Of a stretch of 64,000 nt of DNA, positions 1 to 8,054 are shown in pieces. The notes beneath the pieces were generated by a model. That model did no database searches, was not told where the DNA came from, and saw only the letters and a list, made by a program, of their open reading frames with translations. A program made the position numbers and the translations under genes. Source of the stretch: Spirochaetia bacterium (GTDB lineage Bacteria; Spirochaetota; Spirochaetia; SZUA-6; Fen-1364); NCBI GenBank assembly GCA_049515135.1, contig JBEKUJ010000020.1, positions 257 through 64,256 on the forward strand, given 5' to 3'. How positions within the stretch are numbered: position 1 is the stretch's first letter; each line of letters starts with the position of its first letter.

Positions 1-2
1 TG

Positions 3-152
3 GACGATAGCCGGGCAGGATGGTTGGACATAACGCCCACTTGGTTCAATGATCTCTGGAAGGAACCTTACGAAAATTCCATCCCGAGACAGAACTTCGA
101 GGGCGATGTACACTTCTATTTTGCGATGACGCAAGGGAGAATTGTTTTTTGA
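3..152 (+). CDS. 3' end of an unidentified gene entering from the left edge (partial)
   Basis: Frame 3 is open from the window edge to TGA at 150-152 (..WFNDLWKEPYENSIPRQNFEGDVHFYFAMTQGRIVF*). It is absent from the ORF track because it has no start in the window. Codons are AT-richer (AGA Arg, AAT, TTT) than elsewhere in the window. No family recognised. Confidence 0.3.
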   Translation, partial: DDSRAGWLDITPTWFNDLWKEPYENSIPRQNFEGDVHFYFAMTQGRIVF

Positions 153-224
153 AATTTCTTTGGTTGCAAAAATGTAGCAAAAAACCTTATTTTTGAGCCA
201 AAATAGGGGCTCATTCTTAGCCTC

Positions 225-260
225 CCGGCAAAATAGAATCCTATCTCCTTATTTTGCCGG
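225..260 (+). terminator. 11-bp perfect inverted repeat (possible terminator or 3' stabiliser of the upstream gene)
   Basis: CCGGCAAAATA (225-235) pairs with TATTTTGCCGG (250-260) around a 14-nt loop, in the AT-rich spacer after the partial ORF. No clear U-tract follows. Confidence 0.3.
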
Positions 261-355
261 TAATTATAAGATGGCTTGGCCTTTGGTGCTCACAGTCCGA
301 GAATAGAGTGAACGCTGCGGCATGCCGCAGCGGCTGATGAACTACGGAGGCTGTG

Positions 356-1204
356 ATGCCCAAGACATATTCTTCGCTGCCGGGCGTGGAGCGCTTCCTC
401 ACCATTCCGTGCCCCCTGTGCGGCTCCGCTGCCCGTTCTGCCTTTCTTTCCTGTGACGGATTCACGTTCGTGCGCTGCTCTGCCTGCTCCGCCGTCTACC
501 AGAACCCCTCCCCGGTATTCGAGGACCTGCGAAGGCGCTATGGGGAGAGCTATTTCACGTATGAATACGAGAACGAGCGCAACTTCTTTACCCTGATGGA
601 GCTCGGGCTGAAGGATGTGGACTTCGACTCCCGGGCCGCAGAATTGGCCGGGCCCAGGACATTTCTCGACATTGGCTGCGCCACGGGGATGCTTCTCGAG
701 TCGATGCGGCGCAAGGGCTGGATCGTCAAGGGCGTCGACATCTGCCGGGAATCAGCGGAGTACGGGAAACAGCATCGCGGAGTGGACATATTTGCCGGAA
801 CGCTGCACGAGGCCGGCTTTCCCGACAACAGCTTCTCCGTCATCCATTTTTCCCACCTGATCGAGCACGTGCCCGACCCCCGGGGATTCCTGGCCGAGGT
901 CCTCCGGATCCTGAAGCCAGGAGGGTTTGCCGTCATCACCACCCCGAACGTGGACGGCTTCCAGGCGAGGCTGTTCGGGACGGGCTGGCGCTCAGCCATC
1001 GCTGACCATCTGGTGCTCTTTTCCCGGCGAACCCTGGGCTGGGTCCTTCGGGACTCAGGGTTCACCGTCCTCAGGACCACCACATGGGGGGGGCTGGCCG
1101 TCGGCACGGCGCCCAAGCTCGTCAAGAGGCCGGTCGACAGGCTGGCGAAGAGGTTCGGCTTCGGGGACGTCGTCCTGTTCCTGACGGAAAAGCCCGCGGC
1201 CTGA
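356..1204 (+). CDS. class I SAM-dependent methyltransferase with N-terminal zinc ribbon
   Basis: ORF 353..1204. GGAGG at 346-350 favours ATG 356. Has CPLCGS...CSACS (CxxC x2), motif I LDIGCATG, and a Methyltransf_11-like core (VIHFSHLIEHVPDP, LKPGG). Confidence 0.8.
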   Translation: MPKTYSSLPGVERFLTIPCPLCGSAARSAFLSCDGFTFVRCSACSAVYQNPSPVFEDLRRRYGESYFTYEYENERNFFTLMELGLKDVDFDSRAAELAGPRTFLDIGCATGMLLESMRRKGWIVKGVDICRESAEYGKQHRGVDIFAGTLHEAGFPDNSFSVIHFSHLIEHVPDPRGFLAEVLRILKPGGFAVITTPNVDGFQARLFGTGWRSAIADHLVLFSRRTLGWVLRDSGFTVLRTTTWGGLAVGTAPKLVKRPVDRLAKRFGFGDVVLFLTEKPAA

Positions 1205-1284
1205 TTGAAAGGCTGTTTTTCGTTGTCCCGGGCGGCTATTTTGTGGCCGGTGCCGCGGTGTTATGAGTATGATTGACTCTGAGA

Positions 1285-2781
1285 ATGCCCATCAACAGAA
1301 ACGTCGCAGACATCCAAAGGTCGGTCCGGAACTCCGTTCCCTACATGATTCGCATCGAGGGCTCAGCCCCGGATTTTTTCCCCGTCCTTGACAGCGTCCT
1401 GGAGACTTTCCTTGCCGAGACGGGGCAGGAAAAGATCCAGGAGGTCCTTTCGTATTGCGTGAAAGAGCTCATCCTGAACGCTGAAAAAGCGAACGCGAAG
1501 CGAGTTTACTTCGAAGAGAATGGTCTGGATATCTCAAAGAGGGAAGACTACGAAAAGGGAATGAAGGCTTTCCACGGGGATCTGTCGGAAAACCTTGCGC
1601 ACTTCCTCCAGAGACTTCGCGAGAGAGAGATGTCCATCGATGTGGCTTTCCATTCCACGGGGGGTGCCCTGGCAGTTTACGTGAGAAACGACGCCGTACT
1701 TGCTCCGCTGGAGCAGGCCCGCATCAAGGAGAGAGTAGTCCGCGCCCGGACGTTTCGTTCCTTCTCGGAGGCGCTGGCGACATCGGTGGACCACACCGAA
1801 GGCGCCGGCCTGGGCATCATGATTCTGCTCCAGTTCCTCAAGAGCATCGGACTTGGAGAGGAGGCATTCTCGGTCGCGACAGAGAAGGAAAAGACCGTAT
1901 CCTCGATCGTCGTTCCGATCTCAGACGTTCATCTGGACCAGGTCAGGGCCGTCACGGAAGCCCTTGTGCGCAGCATCGAATCCCTTCCCCATTTCCCTGA
2001 TAACGTCACGACTCTCATCCGGCTCACGGAGGATGAGAATATCAGCGTGGCCGACATCTCGAGCCGAATCTCAAACGACCCCAGCCTGACGGCAGAGGTC
2101 CTGAAGCACGTGAACTCGGCCTACTACGGCCTTCCCTCGCGCGTGAACGGCATCTCCCAGGCAGTGAGGCTCATCGGGTTGAGGAGCCTCCATCAGCTGA
2201 TGTACAGCTTCGGCTTTCACATCATCCTGGACCAGCATCACCCGCAGATGAGGGCGCTGTGGGAACATTCCGTGCGGACGGCCGCCTATGCCTTGCTCCT
2301 TGCACGGGACGTCAAGCGCCGGGCCGAGATCCTCGATGATGTGTATGTTGCCGGCATCCTTCATGATATCGGGTTCATCGCCGTTGCGACGATGAACCCC
2401 GGGAAGAAGGAAGCGATGCGCAGGTTCTGCGTGGAGAAGAACATCCCGGCATCCGTTCTCGAGAGGCTCTTCTTCGGGATGCACCATGCCGACATAGGCG
2501 CCCTGATCGCCCAGAAGTGGAACTTCCCGGACCAGCTCATCGAGGGAATACGGTACCATCACGATCCGCTCCTGGCGAGCAGCGCGTACAGGGACATCGT
2601 CTTCTGCGTCTATCTGGCAAACGCCGTCTGCGACGTGGAGCGCGGGCTCCTGTCCTACCAGCAGCTCGATCAATCCGTTCTCGGGGATTTCGGGGTCCGT
2701 ACGGAGGCGCGGTTTCAAGACCTTGCGTCGAACCTCAGGGACAGCTTCGATGCGCGCCCGGCGGAGCTCCTGAGGCGCTGA
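1285..2781 (+). CDS. HDOD domain signalling protein with N-terminal GHKL (RsbW/SpoIIAB-like) ATPase-fold region
   Basis: ORF 1273..2781 (TTG) with the first ATG at 1285. N-box-like ELILNAEKAN and G-box-like EGAGLGIMIL in the first ~200 aa. HDOD signature ISSRISNDPSLTAEVLKHVNSAYYGLPSRVNGISQAVRLIGL ... HHADIGALIAQKWNFP. Confidence 0.7.
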   Translation: MPINRNVADIQRSVRNSVPYMIRIEGSAPDFFPVLDSVLETFLAETGQEKIQEVLSYCVKELILNAEKANAKRVYFEENGLDISKREDYEKGMKAFHGDLSENLAHFLQRLREREMSIDVAFHSTGGALAVYVRNDAVLAPLEQARIKERVVRARTFRSFSEALATSVDHTEGAGLGIMILLQFLKSIGLGEEAFSVATEKEKTVSSIVVPISDVHLDQVRAVTEALVRSIESLPHFPDNVTTLIRLTEDENISVADISSRISNDPSLTAEVLKHVNSAYYGLPSRVNGISQAVRLIGLRSLHQLMYSFGFHIILDQHHPQMRALWEHSVRTAAYALLLARDVKRRAEILDDVYVAGILHDIGFIAVATMNPGKKEAMRRFCVEKNIPASVLERLFFGMHHADIGALIAQKWNFPDQLIEGIRYHHDPLLASSAYRDIVFCVYLANAVCDVERGLLSYQQLDQSVLGDFGVRTEARFQDLASNLRDSFDARPAELLRR

Positions 2782-2786
2782 GCGGA

Positions 2787-3092
2787 CTATTTCCTGATTG
2801 TCACCAGCGTGTCGAACTTGATCATCTGAAATGTCTTGAAAAGCGGGTCGCTGCATCCCACGATCTGCAGTGTTCTGCCGCCTTCTGCGAGCTTTTTGCG
2901 GAAGAGCAGGATCTTTCCGAGGGCTGACGAGTTGATGGACGGCGTCTGGGAGAAATCCAGGGTGACGGTCAGATAACGCCCTGAGGTGAGCTCCTCCATC
3001 CTGCTTTGAAACTCGGCAGTCGTCTCCCCGGACAGCGGGCCCTGGACCGAGAGGACGATTTCCTCCCGCGACGTCTCTTTTTCGGTGAACAT
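2787..3092 (-). CDS. STAS domain protein (anti-sigma-factor antagonist family)
   Basis: ORF 2787..3140. The internal Met (MFTEKETSREEIVLSVQGPLSGETTAEF..) at 3092 abuts the stop of the upstream gene (3094). SpoIIAA-like pattern: LTVTLDFSQTPSINSSALGKILLFRKKLAEGGRTLQIVGCSDP. Confidence 0.75.
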   Translation of the reverse strand: MFTEKETSREEIVLSVQGPLSGETTAEFQSRMEELTSGRYLTVTLDFSQTPSINSSALGKILLFRKKLAEGGRTLQIVGCSDPLFKTFQMIKFDTLVTIRK

Positions 3093-3093
3093 A

Positions 3094-3342
3094 TCAACCC
3101 CTCCCTGATTCAATGCTTTCGAGCTCTGGTCGAGTGACAAGCTCCAGGTGGTAGGTGATTTCCTCTGTGTTTCTCTCCTGCCGGGTGGAAACCTTCCAGA
3201 CCCGGTAGACGATCATGCGCGACGTGGGAAGCGGGAGGCGGAGCGGCCCTCCGTTCAGGTCCACGAGCTGGTTCACTGTGAGCTCGTGCTCGATCTCCTT
3301 TTCATCCCCTTCGGGGTAGGCAATCATCAGAGTTCGCAGCAC
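3094..3342 (-). CDS. hypothetical small protein (82 aa)
   Basis: ORF tightly packed between the DUF1820-like gene (11-nt gap) and the STAS gene (1-nt gap), which implies one operon. No family recognised. Confidence 0.5.
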   Translation of the reverse strand: MLRTLMIAYPEGDEKEIEHELTVNQLVDLNGGPLRLPLPTSRMIVYRVWKVSTRQERNTEEITYHLELVTRPELESIESGRG

Positions 3343-3353
3343 CGCATTCGATT

Positions 3354-3641
3354 CTACACCTGTTCGTCGTCATCGGCCAGCCGAAAAGGCATCACCCTCC
3401 CAACCGCGCTTTCCGGCAGCTCTTCGATCAGGCTGACAGTCTGGAACGGGATCATCAGGTGATCCGCCCGTCCGAAGGTCCGCCGTATCTCCTCCTCCAG
3501 CGGGTTGATGACAAGCTTCTGCTCCGTTGGAAACACGAGGTCACGAATGGACACGAAATACGGATGCGTCAGGTCGAGGCTTTTGGCCATCAGCTCGACA
3601 TCCTTTTCCTTCCATTTGAAGTGAACGCGATAAAGGGGCAC
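3354..3641 (-). CDS. DUF1820-like small protein (95 aa)
   Basis: GTG start at 3641 preceded by GGAG. The pattern LYRVHF..VELMAK...FVSIRDLVF....LVINPLEEEIRRTF......IPFQTVSLIEEL.....VMPF matches my recollection of the DUF1820 family. Confidence 0.55.
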   Translation of the reverse strand: MPLYRVHFKWKEKDVELMAKSLDLTHPYFVSIRDLVFPTEQKLVINPLEEEIRRTFGRADHLMIPFQTVSLIEELPESAVGRVMPFRLADDDEQV

Positions 3642-3772
3642 GAGGTTTTACTCCGGGAGCCAGAATACTGCGCATTGTACGTCGACGTCAATTTTGCGGC
3701 ATTTACTCAACATCTGTTAAATAGTTCCGATAATTTTTTCCAAAATCCATGATTTTTCTTTCCCGACACTGA

Positions 3773-3800
3773 TTGACAACTGGTGCTTTGGGGGTATTAT
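3773..3800 (+). promoter_or_regulatory. sigma70-type promoter of the dcw (mraZ) operon
   Basis: TTGACA (3773-3778), 16-nt spacer, TATTAT (3795-3800). Lies about 58 nt upstream of the mraZ ATG in a 216-nt divergent AT-rich spacer. Confidence 0.6.
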
Positions 3801-3812
3801 CTGCAGCGGAAT

Positions 3813-3828
3813 GTGGGGAAAAGTGGGA
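3813..3828 (+). promoter_or_regulatory. candidate MraZ operator (phased GTGGG repeats)
   Basis: GTGGGG (3813-3818) and GTGGGA (3823-3828) with exact 10-bp phasing, between the -10 box and the mraZ start. Resembles the phased TGGGN direct repeats bound by MraZ in E. coli. Confidence 0.45.
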
Positions 3829-3857
3829 ATATTTAGGAGATTGTGGTAGGGGAGGCC

Positions 3858-4298
3858 ATGATTACAGGGGAATTCCGCTGCTCGCTGGATGAAAAGGGCA
3901 GATTGCTCATACCAGCGCGAATGAGAACGGAAGTGCTCGGCAATGTGGTGATCCTCACTCGAGGTGTGGAAAACTGCCTCTGGCTCTTCCCCCCTGAAGA
4001 ATGGAAGACATTTTCCGAGAATCTCGTCGGCTCCACGTCGCTCCTGCAGGCGCAATCGCGGCTCATCCAGCGCCGGCTGATCGCTCCGGCGCAGGAGACT
4101 GAGATCGACAAGGCCGGGAGGATTGTCATTCCCCAGACCTTGAGGGAATATGCGGATCTCAGAAAGGAGTGCCTCATCGTGGGGCTCAAGAAATACATCG
4201 AAGTCTGGTCTGAGACTGCGTACCAGGCCTACCTGCAGGAAAACGAGGCGAAGTTCAAGGAAGCCGCTGAAGAGCTGGGCGGGAGGGTCGCCCTGTGA
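3858..4298 (+). CDS. mraZ: transcriptional regulator MraZ
   Basis: ORF 3843..4298. ATG 3858 is preceded by GGGGAGG. MITGEFRCSLDEKGRLLIPARMR and a second SpoVT/AbrB-like half (IDKAGRIVIPQTLR). First gene of the dcw cluster. Confidence 0.93.
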   Translation: MITGEFRCSLDEKGRLLIPARMRTEVLGNVVILTRGVENCLWLFPPEEWKTFSENLVGSTSLLQAQSRLIQRRLIAPAQETEIDKAGRIVIPQTLREYADLRKECLIVGLKKYIEVWSETAYQAYLQENEAKFKEAAEELGGRVAL

Positions 4299-5239
4299 TC
4301 GTTCACGAGCCCGTTCTGCTGCAGGAAGTCCTTGCCTACCTTGTTCCGCCTCAGGGGGAGGCGCTCATGGTTGACGCAACCCTCGGCGAGGGCGGTCATT
4401 CCGAGGCGTTCCTGCTCAAATATCCCGGGCTCACCATCATCGGTGTCGATGCCGACCCGTCCATCCTGGACGTAGCGCGGCAACGGCTGGCCGTGTTTGC
4501 CCGGCGCGCACGGCTGGTCAACGCGTGGTACGGCACCTTTCTGGCCGAATATGACGAGAAGCGCAAGGCAGACCTCATCCTCATGGATCTGGGCATTTCG
4601 CGCTTCCACTACGAGGCGAGCGGCCGCGGGTTCTCCTTCGACCGCGATGAGTCACTCGACATGAGGCTGGGGACCGATCTGCCCGTCACGGCGGCGGACC
4701 TGGTCAATACCCTGGACCAGACGGAGCTTGCAGAGATCCTTTTCCGCTTCGGCGAGGAGAGGTTCGCCCGCGGAATAGCCTCGCGCATTGTCAGACAGCG
4801 GGAAAAGGCCCCCATCAGCAGCGCGGCCCGGTTGGCCGGCATCGTCGCATCAGCGGTCCCTGCGCAGTACCAGCACCGCAGGACCCATCCGGCCACGCGC
4901 ACGTTCCAGGCCCTGCGAATAGCGGTGAACCGTGAGCTGGAACAGCTGGAGACAGGCCTCGCGGAGGCGCTTGCGGTCCTGAGCCCCGGAGGCCGCATCG
5001 GTGTCATTACTTTCCATTCCCTCGAAGACCGTATCGTGAAGAGGTTCTTCCGCAGCAAGAGCCGGGAGTGTACGTGCCCCCCGGAATGGCCGATCTGTCA
5101 ATGTGGGGGCAAAGCGGAGCTGCGTCTGGTCACCGCCAAGCCCGTCACGGCGTCGCGGGAGGAGATTTCCCGCAATCCGGCAAGCCGCAGCGCCAAGCTG
5201 CGGGTTGCGGAGAGGCCACGGCCGTCGGAGGGTGCATGA
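4295..5239 (+). CDS. rsmH: 16S rRNA (cytosine1402-N4)-methyltransferase RsmH
   Basis: GTG overlaps the mraZ stop. HEPVLLQEVL, DATLGEGGHSE, DLGISRFH, ITFHSLEDRIVK, NPASRSAKLR. Confidence 0.95.
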   Translation: MIVHEPVLLQEVLAYLVPPQGEALMVDATLGEGGHSEAFLLKYPGLTIIGVDADPSILDVARQRLAVFARRARLVNAWYGTFLAEYDEKRKADLILMDLGISRFHYEASGRGFSFDRDESLDMRLGTDLPVTAADLVNTLDQTELAEILFRFGEERFARGIASRIVRQREKAPISSAARLAGIVASAVPAQYQHRRTHPATRTFQALRIAVNRELEQLETGLAEALAVLSPGGRIGVITFHSLEDRIVKRFFRSKSRECTCPPEWPICQCGGKAELRLVTAKPVTASREEISRNPASRSAKLRVAERPRPSEGA

Positions 5240-5526
5240 AGAGGTATGGTATTGCGATTCTCGGGCTCGTTGTTCCCTGCCTCCTGTTCGTCAACGCGTG
5301 GCAGGGATACAGATACAGCGAGCTTTCCAATACGGTGACCGCGCTGGAGAAGCAGCAGCAGGACCTCCTGGAGGCGAACAGGGACGCAATAGCTCAGATC
5401 GCGTATGAGCAGTCACCGTCCCGCGTGGAGGAAAAAGCCGGGAAGAGCTTCGGGCTGGTCGCGGCGGACCAGGCCCACGTCACGAGAGTCCTGATCCAGG
5501 GCGTCGCGGGAGGGCAGGGACAGTGA
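5236..5526 (+). CDS. ftsL: FtsL-like cell division protein
   Basis: Internal ATG 5236 of ORF 5068..5526 overlaps the rsmH stop (ATGA). 96 aa with a single TM (YGIAILGLVVPCLLFV) followed by a coiled coil. Canonical position between rsmH and the mur genes. Confidence 0.7.
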   Translation: MKRYGIAILGLVVPCLLFVNAWQGYRYSELSNTVTALEKQQQDLLEANRDAIAQIAYEQSPSRVEEKAGKSFGLVAADQAHVTRVLIQGVAGGQGQ

Positions 5527-6980
5527 CCGGGACGGGAGTGGCGAGAAAGCTGTTCTCAGTGCCCGATATCGCGCGCGCGGTCGGCGGCAGGATCGTACGG
5601 ACCAGCTCCGAGGATGCTGCCGTGACCGGCGTCGCAACTGACTCCCGGAAGGTGGCGGAAGGATTCCTCTTTGTTGCCCTGCCCGGGGAGAGGACCGACG
5701 GCCACGAGTTCCTGGGGGAGGCCGCCTCGGCAGGAGCCGCTGCCTTTCTGGTCTCAGAGAACCAGGTCGCCCGGAAGAGCAGTCATTGGGAAGGGCTGCC
5801 GGCCGGCAGGGGACCTGGCGTCATCTCCGTCGCGGACCCTCTTGCCGGTCTGCAGAGCCTTGCGCGCTTCCACCTGAGCCGGTTTCCTTCCGTGACGCGC
5901 ATCGGGATCACCGGCTCGAGCGGGAAAACCACGACAAAGGAGATCCTGGGATCCATCCTGTCCCGGGCAGCCCCGACAGCGGCGAACGAGGGAAACCTGA
6001 ACTCCGAGATCGGGTTGCCGCTTGCCTGCTTCGCCGTTGATGACGGCCACCGGTTCGCCGTGTTCGAGATGGGGATGAACCACCGCGGAGAGATGGACAT
6101 CCTTGCCGACATTGCCCGTCCGGACGTGGCCCTTCTCACCAACATTGGCACGGCGCACGTCGGCATTCTGGGCTCGCAGGAGGAGATTGCAAGGGAAAAG
6201 AAGAAGATCTTTGCCCATTTCGACGGACGCCAGAGCGCCTTTCTCCCTGAGGATGAGCGTTTCCTGGCCTTCCTCACGGAAGGGGTCCGGGGCAGGGTCG
6301 TTCTCTTTGGGCCGAGGAGCACCCGGGGTTACCGGGGAAGCGAGAACCAGGGACTGGGTGGAACGCTCATCCACTGGGAGGGGTTCCGGATCCGCTTCCC
6401 GCTCTTCGGTCCTCATAACCTCGCCAACGCTTTGGGAGCCATCTCCGTTGCGCGCGAGCTGGGCGTCCCGAACGCGGAAATACGCGACGGCCTTGAGGCC
6501 GTCACGCCGCTGTTCGGGCGGTCCCAGATAGTGCGGGGCCTCGTCACGGTGATCGTGGACTGCTACAACGCAAACCCGGATTCCATGGCGCAGGCGCTCT
6601 CCTTCGTTTCCGAAGTCCCATGGCAGGGCAGGAAAATCGTCGTGCTGGGGGGCATGCGGGAGCTTGGGGCCGAAGCTGCAGAAGCGCACCGCAACGTCGG
6701 GGAGAGGCTTCGCGCGTCTCCGTTCGATCTCATCTATCTCCTCGGGGCGGAAATGGAGCAGGCGTGGAAAGCGCTGGCAGGGTCGCCGGCGGCGCAGAAG
6801 GCGCAGTGGTACGCGGAGCTGGCGGGTCTTGGGGAAGAGCTTGCTGCCCGCCTGGGCCCCGGTGACCTGGTTCTCCTGAAGGGATCACGAGGGCTGGAGC
6901 TGGAGAGGCTCTTGCCGTTCATCGCTCCCCATACGAAGGCGCCGAAGAAGGTAACCCGGGGAGGGAAAGCAGGTGCTTAA
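5523..6980 (+). CDS. murF: UDP-N-acetylmuramoyl-tripeptide--D-alanyl-D-alanine ligase
   Basis: GITGSSGKTTTKE P-loop, FEMGMNHRGE, DCYNANPDSM, LKGSRG. Located in the dcw cluster. Confidence 0.92.
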   Translation: MTGTGVARKLFSVPDIARAVGGRIVRTSSEDAAVTGVATDSRKVAEGFLFVALPGERTDGHEFLGEAASAGAAAFLVSENQVARKSSHWEGLPAGRGPGVISVADPLAGLQSLARFHLSRFPSVTRIGITGSSGKTTTKEILGSILSRAAPTAANEGNLNSEIGLPLACFAVDDGHRFAVFEMGMNHRGEMDILADIARPDVALLTNIGTAHVGILGSQEEIAREKKKIFAHFDGRQSAFLPEDERFLAFLTEGVRGRVVLFGPRSTRGYRGSENQGLGGTLIHWEGFRIRFPLFGPHNLANALGAISVARELGVPNAEIRDGLEAVTPLFGRSQIVRGLVTVIVDCYNANPDSMAQALSFVSEVPWQGRKIVVLGGMRELGAEAAEAHRNVGERLRASPFDLIYLLGAEMEQAWKALAGSPAAQKAQWYAELAGLGEELAARLGPGDLVLLKGSRGLELERLLPFIAPHTKAPKKVTRGGKAGA

Positions 6981-8046
6981 GTTCCTTTTCGCTCTCCGCG
7001 GTCATTTTTCTTTCTTCAACATCTTCCAATATCTGACCTTCCGTGCCGCATATGCCGCAATCACAGCGCTTCTGATCTCCTTCCTGTTCGGGCCATGGGT
7101 CATCGCGAGGCTGCGGGCAATCAAGACAAGCTGGGCAGCGCGGGAGGACACCCCGCAGACTCACAAGGCCAAGGCGGGGACGCCTACCATGGGAGGGGTG
7201 CTGATCATTCTCTCCTTTGTCGTTTCAGTCCTACTCTGGCAGGACCTGACGAACGTCTATGCGTGGCTTCTTCTCTTCGGTGCCGTCGGCTTCGGCGCCA
7301 TCGGCTTTGTTGACGACCTTCTGAAGATGTCCAGCAGGAAAAGGGGAATCAGCGCGGGCGTGAAGTTCGGCGGACAGTTCGTGATCTCGGCGGTCATTGT
7401 CATCGTCCTGTACATCCAGAGGGGGGAGAACACGACCCTGCTTTACATTCCCTTTCTCAAGCGCGCTGTTCTGGACCTTTCCTGGATGTATATCCCCTTT
7501 GCCGTGGTCCTGATGGTGGGCTATTCCAACGCGGTGAACCTCACGGACGGCCTCGATGGCCTCGCTACCGGGCTGGTCATCATGGTGGGCCTTGCCCTTG
7601 CGGTGCTTGCCTATGTGACGGGACGTCCTGATTTCGCCACCTACCTCCAGATTCCGTACGTGAAAGGGGCGGGCGAGCTTGCCGTCTTCTGCCTGGCTGT
7701 GACAGGCGCTTCCGTGGGATTTCTCTGGTTCAATGCCCACCCGGCGGATGTCTGGATGGGCGATACCGGGGCGCTTTCCCTGGGAGGAGTGATGGGAGTC
7801 GTTGCCCTGGTGCTGAAAAAGGAGATCCTCATCCTGATCCTGGGCGGCGTCTTTGTCCTGGAAACGGCCTCTGTTGCCATCCAGGTGGTCTCCTTCAAGC
7901 TGACGGGCCGGCGAGTCTTCAAGATGGCGCCGCTGCATCACCACTTCGAGCTCAGCGGGTGGCCCGAAAGCAAGGTCGTGACAAGGCTTTGGATCCTGGG
8001 CGGCCTGTTTGCCATCCTTGGCATCTCGACGTTGAAGATACAGTAG
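6973..8046 (+). CDS. mraY: phospho-N-acetylmuramoyl-pentapeptide transferase
   Basis: Ten-TM protein with TPTMGG, VGFVDDLLK, NAVNLTDGLDGLA, GDTGALSLGG and APLHHHFE motifs. Confidence 0.96.
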   Translation: MLKFLFALRGHFSFFNIFQYLTFRAAYAAITALLISFLFGPWVIARLRAIKTSWAAREDTPQTHKAKAGTPTMGGVLIILSFVVSVLLWQDLTNVYAWLLLFGAVGFGAIGFVDDLLKMSSRKRGISAGVKFGGQFVISAVIVIVLYIQRGENTTLLYIPFLKRAVLDLSWMYIPFAVVLMVGYSNAVNLTDGLDGLATGLVIMVGLALAVLAYVTGRPDFATYLQIPYVKGAGELAVFCLAVTGASVGFLWFNAHPADVWMGDTGALSLGGVMGVVALVLKKEILILILGGVFVLETASVAIQVVSFKLTGRRVFKMAPLHHHFELSGWPESKVVTRLWILGGLFAILGISTLKIQ

Positions 8047-8054
8047 GAAGGGAA

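Noticed and set aside
241-465. 74-aa minus-strand ORF spanning the methyltransferase start
   Set aside because: It overlaps the ribosome-binding site and start of a well-supported gene. It has no start context and no recognisable family.
7959-8054. ORF-track N-terminal extensions for ftsW (7959), ftsZ (11268), xerC (16632), the first Xer (12475), fliQ (34837), nnr (60337), the ftsL-like gene (5068) and the 61694 ORF
   Set aside because: In each case an internal start sits right after, or overlaps, the stop of the upstream gene. That start often has a Shine-Dalgarno sequence, and homology begins there. The extensions overlap upstream coding sequence.
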